Shown: positions 25,361 to 31,751 of the stretch, one piece after another | Numbering within the stretch: the first letter of the stretch is position 1 | Layout of the letters: the number at the start of each line of letters is the position of its first letter | Origin: an uncultured Desulfurococcales archaeon | GTDB lineage: Archaea; Thermoproteota; Thermoprotei_A; Sulfolobales; Acidilobaceae | Length of the DNA: 31,751 nucleotides | Assembly (NCBI GenBank): GCA_964428695.1 | Contig: CAYRZG010000001.1 | Span: forward strand, 1 to 31,751 | Direction of reading: 5' to 3' | Made by a program: the position numbers and the translations under genes | The notes under the pieces: model-generated | Seen by the model: only the letters and a program-made list of their open reading frames with translations | Told to the model about the DNA's origin: nothing | Databases searched by the model: none

Positions 25361-26233
25361 ATGGCTGTGATCCTGGATGAGAAGGCCCGGGTAATAGTCC
25401 AGGGGATTACTGGGAGAGAGGGCTCCTTCCACACCAAGCTAATGCTGGAATATGGGACTAAGATAGTTGCAGGTGTGACTCCCGGGAAGGGAGGCCAGGA
25501 AGTACACGGCGTACCAGTATACGACACAGTCGCAGAGGCGGTAGAGAACCATCCAGAAGCCAACACCAGCATAATCTTCGTCCCGGCAAGGTTTGCGCCC
25601 GACGCGGTCTATGAGGCCATAGATGCCGGGCTCAAACTGGTAGTCGTGATAACAGAGCACATACCGGTACACGAGTCCCTAAGATTCATAAACTATGCCA
25701 AGCAAAAGGGCACCATTATTATCGGGCCGAACTGCCCAGGGATAATATCGCCAGGCAAAGCCAAGGTCGGAATAATGCCGGGCCACATCTTCACGCCAGG
25801 CCCCGTGGGAATAATCAGTAGGAGCGGAACCCTAACATACGAGATAGGCTATGCTCTAACGAAGGAGGGCATAGGCCAGAGCACTGTAATAGGCATTGGA
25901 GGAGACCCTGTGGTGGGCCTCTCCTTCACAGAGGCTATGGAGTACTTCGAAAACGACCCAGAGACTAAGGCGCTAGTACTAGTCGGGGAGATAGGAGGAG
26001 ACATGGAGGAGAGGGCAGCCCAGATGATAAAGGAGGGCAAGTTCACAAAGCCTGTCGTAGCCTTCATAGCAGGAAGGACCGCTCCTCCGGGCAAGAGGAT
26101 GGGACACGCTGGAGCAATAATAATGATGGGCACTGGCACCTACGAGGGCAAGGTGAAGGCGCTGGAAGAAGCCGGTGTGAAGGTTGCGAGAACGCCGTTC
26201 GAAATACCAAAGCTAATCAAAGAGGTCCTCTAA
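25361..26233 (+). CDS. sucD: Succinyl-CoA synthetase alpha subunit
   Basis: [37 protein letters not shown] and the phospho-His motif RMGHAGA. Confidence 0.97.
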   Translation: MAVILDEKARVIVQGITGREGSFHTKLMLEYGTKIVAGVTPGKGGQEVHGVPVYDTVAEAVENHPEANTSIIFVPARFAPDAVYEAIDAGLKLVVVITEHIPVHESLRFINYAKQKGTIIIGPNCPGIISPGKAKVGIMPGHIFTPGPVGIISRSGTLTYEIGYALTKEGIGQSTVIGIGGDPVVGLSFTEAMEYFENDPETKALVLVGEIGGDMEERAAQMIKEGKFTKPVVAFIAGRTAPPGKRMGHAGAIIMMGTGTYEGKVKALEEAGVKVARTPFEIPKLIKEVL

Positions 26234-27882
26234 CCCCATAGAATTCCACGCCTCTTTCTACTCTGGTACTCCTCACTAGTGCCAGTCACGACGACCTCGT
26301 ATAGCACGGCCTTGTTATCCTTCCCCTTCTTGGGTCTAAGAAGCCTGCCAAGCCTTTGGATAAACTGCCTCTGACTGGAAGTCCCCGAGACCAGGATTCC
26401 CACGTTGGCGTCGGGAATATCTAGGCCCTCGTCGCCAACTGTTGTAACAACGAGGACTCCCGAAGGGAGGCTCCTGAAGATCGAGATGGCCCTCTCCCTC
26501 TCCCTCTTGTCCAAGGAGCCGTGCACAAGTAGGCCCCCTGTCCTCCTAGCTATCTCCTCTGCCTGCATCTTATACTGGGTGAACACAATTATCTTAGAAC
26601 CCTTAGCCAGCTCTCGTTTAACGAGTTTCACTACCTCGTCGAGCTTAGACTCCGAGTATTGTATGATCTTCCTCATCTCGGCGTGAACTCTAAGTGCCTC
26701 TATAGCGTCCGGGTCGCCGCTCCTAGCGGCTTTCACAAGCTCCTGTATTGTCCTGCCCCGAGCCAGCTTCTGGAATCGTTTCCTAAGCTCCTCGTACCTC
26801 CTCCTCTCCGACGGTTTAAGGTCTACCTTCACGGTTCTAATAACATAGCTGGCCAAATAGCCCTGGCGGGCGAGTTCGCCGGGAGTTGTATGGTATACCA
26901 CTCCTCCCAACATCGGGAATATCTCCACGTGTTTCCCATCCTCCCTCTCTATGGTAGCACTAAGCCCGAGCCTATACGGTGCCGGGAGACCAGTGGCTAT
27001 GGCTCTAAACTTGTCGGCCGGGAGATGGTGTGCCTCGTCAAATATTACTAGGGCGAAGTGTCGGGCGAAGAATCTCACCTTCCTGAACGCCGTCTGATAA
27101 GTGGTTACAGTTATCGGGGCAAGCCTCTTCTCATCGCCGTAAAAGGCTCCTATCATAACTCCCGCATCCGTAAATCGCCTTATCGCATCTATCCACTGCC
27201 TCACATGGTCCCTAGTATACACTACTATCAGCGTTTTAACGCCAAGCTTTGCTAGCCCCGCTATAGCAATAACCGTCTTGCCGGCTCCAGTGGGGAGTGC
27301 GATTATCCCCCGGTATTGGTTCTCCTCCCACCTCCTTAGAGCCTCCTCTTGATACGGTCTAAGCTGGCCCCGGAAGTTAACCTGTCTGGGCAGAAGCCCG
27401 TAGGAGCCTAGAAGACCTATCCTATCATCTACGATTAATCCTTCTCTTGCGAAGAGATCTACTAGATCCCTGTAAAGGTGGGGGGCCGCCTTGTAAGCCC
27501 TCTCCTCCCTAGAATAGGGGAGGACTAAACCAGCATTTTTAAGTATTTCTTTGAGAAATACTCTACTCGAGATTCTAAGCATTCCATCGTCTCCGAGATC
27601 TATAGTGACTTTTCTTGCCTCCCGAGCAGCATTTATAATGTGTTCAACATCTTCCTTAACGACACCATCTATGCTGGATAGGAGAGATGCTACATCTTCA
27701 ATGCTTAATCCTTCCCTTTCAATCCTCCAAGGCTCTAGTTCGAAAACTGCGAAACCATCGATTCTACCTATATACCTGGCTATGCTTAGTAGTCTGCGGT
27801 AGTCTTCGTCTCTCAGCCAGCCTCGGACCCTAAACCTAGCCCGCGGAATCTCCACTGCGGCCCCCTCACCCTGTTTCGGCAT
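26230..27882 (-). CDS. xpb: XPB/Rad25-like SF2 helicase (alternative GTG start at 27855)
   Basis: [39 protein letters not shown] and QRLGRLLRP motifs. Confidence 0.9.
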   Translation of the reverse strand: MPKQGEGAAVEIPRARFRVRGWLRDEDYRRLLSIARYIGRIDGFAVFELEPWRIEREGLSIEDVASLLSSIDGVVKEDVEHIINAAREARKVTIDLGDDGMLRISSRVFLKEILKNAGLVLPYSREERAYKAAPHLYRDLVDLFAREGLIVDDRIGLLGSYGLLPRQVNFRGQLRPYQEEALRRWEENQYRGIIALPTGAGKTVIAIAGLAKLGVKTLIVVYTRDHVRQWIDAIRRFTDAGVMIGAFYGDEKRLAPITVTTYQTAFRKVRFFARHFALVIFDEAHHLPADKFRAIATGLPAPYRLGLSATIEREDGKHVEIFPMLGGVVYHTTPGELARQGYLASYVIRTVKVDLKPSERRRYEELRKRFQKLARGRTIQELVKAARSGDPDAIEALRVHAEMRKIIQYSESKLDEVVKLVKRELAKGSKIIVFTQYKMQAEEIARRTGGLLVHGSLDKRERERAISIFRSLPSGVLVVTTVGDEGLDIPDANVGILVSGTSSQRQFIQRLGRLLRPKKGKDNKAVLYEVVVTGTSEEYQSRKRRGILWG

Positions 27883-28276
27883 AGTAGTCTAGAATCCTTA
27901 GAGGCCCGGTAATACCTAATTTCTCGAGCATCCGCTTCACCCTTAAAACGGGCTCGAATGGAACGTATAGCCTAACGCAGCCGGTCTCGACAACTATCTT
28001 GGAGACTTCAGGGTCGTCGGCATGTTTTAGAAGGCTGGAACCCTCATCTTCGCAAGCCTCCACTACTAAATGTAATGGCTCGAGGCACTCTAGTCCCACT
28101 CTAACCCGGATGTAGATGAAGGGTCCCCTATCGTATACCAGCAGGTTAACGTAGTCGTGCTCATACGTGTAGAGTAGCTTATAGTACCAGTACACCTCCG
28201 AAGCGGGTAAGAGGCCGGTATCTTCGAGGCACAAGCCGGCTCGGGGCGTGGGTTCTCGATCATCCACTGCAGTCAC
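27866..28276 (-). CDS. Hypothetical protein (about 133-136 aa; start may be GTG 28267)
   Basis: Fills the gap upstream of xpb; GAGGTGA ribosome-binding site near the start. Confidence 0.7.
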   Translation of the reverse strand: MTAVDDREPTPRAGLCLEDTGLLPASEVYWYYKLLYTYEHDYVNLLVYDRGPFIYIRVRVGLECLEPLHLVVEACEDEGSSLLKHADDPEVSKIVVETGCVRLYVPFEPVLRVKRMLEKLGITGPLRILDYYAETG

Positions 28277-28319
28277 CTCTTAAAACCCTCGTCACCGCCG
28301 GCCTACAAGCTTACACGCA

Positions 28320-28398
28320 CCATCTGGGGTCGGAGAGGTCACCACTCCTCACTAGAAGCCGCCCTCGGTACTCGGCAAAGTCCTCATCCCCTAGATGG
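28320..28398 (-). ncRNA. Box C/D guide sRNA (23S rRNA guide)
   Basis: CCATCT-A-GGGG-[C ATGAGGA]-CTTTGCCGAGTA(12)-[D' CCGA]-12 nt-[C' GTGAGGA]-GTGGTGACCTCT(12)-[D CCGA]-CCCC-AGATGG. The D' guide is antisense to conserved 23S ACUCGGCAAA. Confidence 0.9.
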
Positions 28399-28400
28399 AA

Positions 28401-28425
28401 TGTATAATATACGCTGGTTAAAAGG
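28401..28425. promoter_or_regulatory. Back-to-back TATA boxes for mrp (+) and the sRNA/hypothetical/xpb unit (-)
   Basis: TGTATATAAT at 28401-28410 (+). CCTTTTAACC on the - strand at 28416-28425, about 20-25 nt before the sRNA 5' end. Confidence 0.45.
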
Positions 28426-28451
28426 ATCGCTTGGGATACGAGTGCTAGCGG

Positions 28452-29351
28452 GTGTATGCTGTGTCTGGGGGCATAAGGATACGTAAGGGCGAATACAAGG
28501 CCGTAGCGGAAAGGATGAGGAAGATACAGGAGCAGCAGGTCAGGATAGTCAGAAATATGAATAAAATAAAGTATAAAATAGCCGTTATGAGCAATAAGGG
28601 AGGGGTCGGCAAGAGCTTCGTCACGGCCAGTCTTGCAGCAGCGCTAGCGGTTGCAGGCAGGAGAGTAGGAGTCCTAGACGCCGACGTGCACGGGCCGAGC
28701 ATACACAAGATGCTGGGCCTACCGACCGGCTTCGGAATGCCAGCTAGGAGCGACGGCACGATACTACCGGTAGAGGTGCCGCCAGGGATCAAGGTGGCCA
28801 GCATGGGCCTTCTAGTCCCAGAGGACGAGACCCCGCTAATCTGGAGGGGGCCCATTAAAACCAGCGCCATAAGGGAGCTACTGGCGTATGTTGACTGGGG
28901 CGAGCTAGACTACCTGCTAATAGACCTGCCTCCAGGAACCGGAGACGAGCAGCTGACTATAGCCCAGATAATCCCCAAGCTAACGGGAATAGTGCTTGTA
29001 ACTATACCAAGCGAAGTCTCAAAGGCAGTGGTGAAGAAGGGGGTAGTCTTCGCCAAGCGGCTCAACATACCCGTAATAGGGATAATAGAGAACATGGCGT
29101 ACTTCCGCTGTCCCGAGGGGAGCATACACTACATATTCGGCAAGGGGGCAGCAGAGGAGATAGCCGAACAGTTTAACATACCATTCCTTGGCAGGATACC
29201 CATAGATCCCAGGATTAGAGAGGCTAACGACAAGGGCAAGATATTCTTCCTAGAATACCCAGACTCGGAGGCGAGCAAGGCCTTCATGGAGATAGCTGAA
29301 AAGATTATGAAAATCGTTGAGAATGGGGAGGGAGAAGGAGAACAGGGCTAG
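28452..29351 (+). CDS. mrp: Mrp/ApbC/Nbp35 Fe-S cluster carrier ATPase
   Basis: [39 protein letters not shown] and ENMAYF motifs. Confidence 0.95.
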   Translation: MYAVSGGIRIRKGEYKAVAERMRKIQEQQVRIVRNMNKIKYKIAVMSNKGGVGKSFVTASLAAALAVAGRRVGVLDADVHGPSIHKMLGLPTGFGMPARSDGTILPVEVPPGIKVASMGLLVPEDETPLIWRGPIKTSAIRELLAYVDWGELDYLLIDLPPGTGDEQLTIAQIIPKLTGIVLVTIPSEVSKAVVKKGVVFAKRLNIPVIGIIENMAYFRCPEGSIHYIFGKGAAEEIAEQFNIPFLGRIPIDPRIREANDKGKIFFLEYPDSEASKAFMEIAEKIMKIVENGEGEGEQG

Positions 29352-29608
29352 ACTAATCCTAGCCTGGTAGCGAGTTCCGACGCGCTGTACTCCTTCGACA
29401 GCTTTACATAGGCCTTCTTCTCACCCTTGGGTGTTATAAGGGTTCTAACCTTCTCGACCTTCACCCCATAGAGTTGTTCTACAGCTCTCTTTATGTCGTG
29501 CTTGGTAGCGTCGCGTCGAACTATAAGTGTTAGGGTGTTCTGTCTTTCAAGTAATAGGGTTGCCTTCTCGCTAGTGTGTATCCTAATTATTACCTCCTCA
29601 GGCTTCAT
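29348..29608 (-). CDS. rpl23: 50S ribosomal protein L23 (uL23)
   Basis: [28 protein letters not shown] and KKAYVKL motifs. Confidence 0.97.
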   Translation of the reverse strand: MKPEEVIIRIHTSEKATLLLERQNTLTLIVRRDATKHDIKRAVEQLYGVKVEKVRTLITPKGEKKAYVKLSKEYSASELATRLGLV

Positions 29609-30423
29609 GGTACCTCCACCCGGAACCTGTTGCCAAGCTCCTTTAGGGCTCCCGTGGTTATCACTGTTAGCCTGCCCGGTACAGCGCCGGGTGCAAGCTG
29701 GAGCACGTTAACGTTCCACGGCTCGGCTATATCGACGCCCGGGAAGGCTGAGACAGCCTTGGCGAAGGGTGACTCATGGTCTTCTACGATGAATAGTATC
29801 GTTTTTGGAACCTTGTATCTGCGTCCCCTCCTCTTACCCTTGCCTGCTCTCCACCTAATCTTCTCCTCAGCTCTAATTATGTCCTCGTATACTCCTATCT
29901 TAGTCAGCAGCTCTGCAGCCTGCTTTGTCTTTGTTATCTGTTCTAGCACGCTACTGTCGACAACTACAGGCGTGTATGCTGCGGTGAACCGGTGTCCTCT
30001 CTCCCTAACCATGTCGGGCAGCGATGTCGCGGCCAGCGCGCTCATGGTGCCGAGGATCTTCTCCTGCCTGTTGACTTCCTCGTGTATCCTCTTCTCGACG
30101 CGAGGTGGGTGTGCGAGCCTTCCACCTCTAGCCATGTTCACTAGTGCGGCTCGCAGCGACCCTCTTATCCTTGGGACCCTTGATACTCCGTGGTGTGCTC
30201 CCAAGCTTCTAGCGGAGGTTCTCTTACCCGCCATCGGGTCCCTGCCTTTCGGCTGTAGGCCCGCGGTGAACTCGCTATAGTAGACTCTCCTAATGAGGTC
30301 CTTCCTGACCGGCACCCTGAACACGTCGGGTAGTACTACTTGTCCCGCATCCTCGCCCTGAGGGCCGAAGACGGGGACGGATATGGGGTCCCTAAGGTAT
30401 AGGAATAGGGTCGAGTACACCAT
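29605..30423 (-). CDS. rpl4: 50S ribosomal protein L4 (uL4)
   Basis: [41 protein letters not shown] and [10 protein letters not shown] motifs. Confidence 0.97.
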   Translation of the reverse strand: MVYSTLFLYLRDPISVPVFGPQGEDAGQVVLPDVFRVPVRKDLIRRVYYSEFTAGLQPKGRDPMAGKRTSARSLGAHHGVSRVPRIRGSLRAALVNMARGGRLAHPPRVEKRIHEEVNRQEKILGTMSALAATSLPDMVRERGHRFTAAYTPVVVDSSVLEQITKTKQAAELLTKIGVYEDIIRAEEKIRWRAGKGKRRGRRYKVPKTILFIVEDHESPFAKAVSAFPGVDIAEPWNVNVLQLAPGAVPGRLTVITTGALKELGNRFRVEVP

Positions 30424-30435
30424 CCCTTACACCCC

Positions 30436-31506
30436 CTAGTTGCCCTGCTTGGACTGGAGGCTCACGTAGGTTATCTTGGGGCCGCTGAACTCTCCCTTGC
30501 TAAGCATCTCGTTGAATATTTCTAGGTACCAGCTTGGCGGCCTTACAGGCCAGCGCATTACTATAGGCCTCTTGGGAGTTCCAGGTATGCTTCCGGCGAG
30601 CATCACGTAGGGCCCCCTAACTATGCCATAGTGTAGGAAGCCGCCTGCCGGTGTAACTTCCAGGCCGTTGTCACCGATAGCTAGTATCCTCTTGTTGTAC
30701 TCGGTTCTACGGTGGAACCCCATCTGGCCGGCCTGTGGTATCTCCCACCATGTTCCTTTTCCGTGGCTTCTAGCTCCGACTCTCCTGCTACCCTTCCTAT
30801 GCTTATGCCATCTCGGCAGCTCCTTCACACCCCACCTCTTCACGGGGCCCTGGAAGCCCTTGCCCTTAGTGACTGCTATCACGTCAACCATCTGGCCTGG
30901 GAAGAATACTTCGTTAACTGAGAGGGTCTTGCCTAGCTTCTCCCTTCCATACTCGAAGAGCTGGTTTAAGTCGCTTACGCCTCCAAGCTTCACTTCTAGT
31001 ATGTCGGGCTTCTTCTTGCTCAACCCGCCCACGAGCTTAGGCTGTGTTGCTATCAGTATCCTAAGATCCTTCACCTTACCCTCGGATAGCAGCTTTTCTA
31101 TCTTCTTCAGCTTCGAGTCGGTGTCGAAGTCGCCTAGGGTTGGCACCTTCCTCCACAGCTCCAGAGACTCTGGAGGCTCGACCCACGCCTCGCTTATCGT
31201 GTAATACCCCCTGTTGGGGTCGTAGCCGTAGGCCCTAAGTGCGAGCACGAAGACGGGGGGTGTCTCAACTATTGTTACTGGAACCATTATCTCCTGGCCG
31301 AACGTGGGGCTACCCTTCCTATCGTCGATTATGAACACGTGCGTCATTCCAGCCTTGTACCCTAGGAAGGCTAGGGGGATGGGCTTGCCCACTTCCACCT
31401 TGGGCCACGTCTTTATCCTGGGAACTATACGTGACGCTCTCTTCCTAGGCGAGAATCCTAGGCTGCCACGTCTTGGTGCGCTCTTCTTTCTCGCGCCCAC
31501 TTCCAC
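30436..31506 (-). CDS. rpl3: 50S ribosomal protein L3 (uL3)
   Basis: PRRGSLGFSPRKRA, GYKAGMTH, TKGKGFQGPVKRWG and GQMGFHRRTEYNK motifs. Confidence 0.98.
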   Translation of the reverse strand: MEVGARKKSAPRRGSLGFSPRKRASRIVPRIKTWPKVEVGKPIPLAFLGYKAGMTHVFIIDDRKGSPTFGQEIMVPVTIVETPPVFVLALRAYGYDPNRGYYTISEAWVEPPESLELWRKVPTLGDFDTDSKLKKIEKLLSEGKVKDLRILIATQPKLVGGLSKKKPDILEVKLGGVSDLNQLFEYGREKLGKTLSVNEVFFPGQMVDVIAVTKGKGFQGPVKRWGVKELPRWHKHRKGSRRVGARSHGKGTWWEIPQAGQMGFHRRTEYNKRILAIGDNGLEVTPAGGFLHYGIVRGPYVMLAGSIPGTPKRPIVMRWPVRPPSWYLEIFNEMLSKGEFSGPKITYVSLQSKQGN

Positions 31507-31562
31507 GCACCCTCTATGTATCGTTGTGGGTCTAGTCAGCTCCCAGCGGGGAAGCCTCCAGC

Positions 31563-31751
31563 CTAGGTTAAAAATGCTCCGTGACTCCCAAGGAGCAAGT
31601 CTAGCAGTGCCAGCGTTGAGAGAACAGCCTCCTCAGTCCTAACAGTCTTCACCCCCTGATAGGGTATCGTGTTCACCAAAAAGTCGAATCGTTCACCCCC
31701 TGCATCTCTCAGTACATCCCCGTATGGCCCGCCAAAGGCTACGAGCAAGCC
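31563..31751 (-). CDS. SPOUT-family RNA methyltransferase (COG2106/DUF171), 3' end only
   Basis: VAFGGP...NTIPYQGVKTVRTEEAV SPOUT-knot motif; usual position upstream of archaeal rpl3. Confidence 0.85.
   Translation of the reverse strand, partial: GLLVAFGGPYGDVLRDAGGERFDFLVNTIPYQGVKTVRTEEAVLSTLALLDLLLGSHGAFLT
31566..31575 (-). promoter_or_regulatory. Probable TATA box of the rpl3 operon, within the last codons of the methyltransferase
   Basis: ATTTTTAACC on the - strand, about 60 nt before the rpl3 start. Confidence 0.4.

Noticed and set aside
28552-28580. Conspicuous AT-rich run
   Set aside because: It is explained by the Mrp codons for NMNKIKYKI.
29576-31204. Long + strand ORFs (234 aa, 178 aa) and similar Ser/Leu-rich ORFs across the window
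   Set aside because: They are antisense shadows of well-supported genes, typical of biased codon usage.
1-31751. CRISPR arrays, IS elements, integrases, tRNA/rRNA genes, inteins
   Set aside because: By eye I saw no periodic repeats, transposase or integrase ORFs, cloverleafs or intein-sized insertions.

Overview
Core-genome window from a hyperthermophilic crenarchaeon. It looks Desulfurococcales/Aeropyrum-like: reverse gyrase, frequent TTG/GTG starts with GGAGG/GGTGA ribosome-binding sites, and rpl3-rpl4-rpl23 convergent on mrp. It is densely packed with housekeeping genes: dnaG (partial), tyrS, a PAPS-reductase-like PP-loop protein, uridine phosphorylase plus a PfkB kinase, a MoaD-MoaE fusion, a class III aminotransferase, reverse gyrase, a 1Fe superoxide reductase, an Lhr helicase, UbiD-UbiA, an Alba-like protein plus Sir2, TYW1, TrxB, sucCD, an XPB-like helicase, Mrp/Nbp35, rpl23/rpl4/rpl3, a partial SPOUT methyltransferase and several small hypothetical genes. 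I saw no mobile element, CRISPR array, tRNA or rRNA. The main signal absent from the ORF track is four box C/D guide sRNA candidates within about 7.7 kb (20718-20787 -, 23047-23110 -, 24044-24116 +, 28320-28398 -). They share one architecture: terminal stem, box C, 12-13 nt guide, D', C', 12-nt guide, box D. One guides two neighbouring 16S rRNA sites, one matches 23S rRNA, and one may target both the anticodon arm and D-loop of a tRNA-Val. I also found an unlisted CTG-start TRASH/L24e-like gene and several active-site variants (TYW1 Cys->Asp cluster ligand, MoaE His->Asn, TyrRS KMAKS, Mrp SNKGG and single-Cys motif). rRNA and tRNA target assignments rest on recalled conserved sequences and need checking against this genome.
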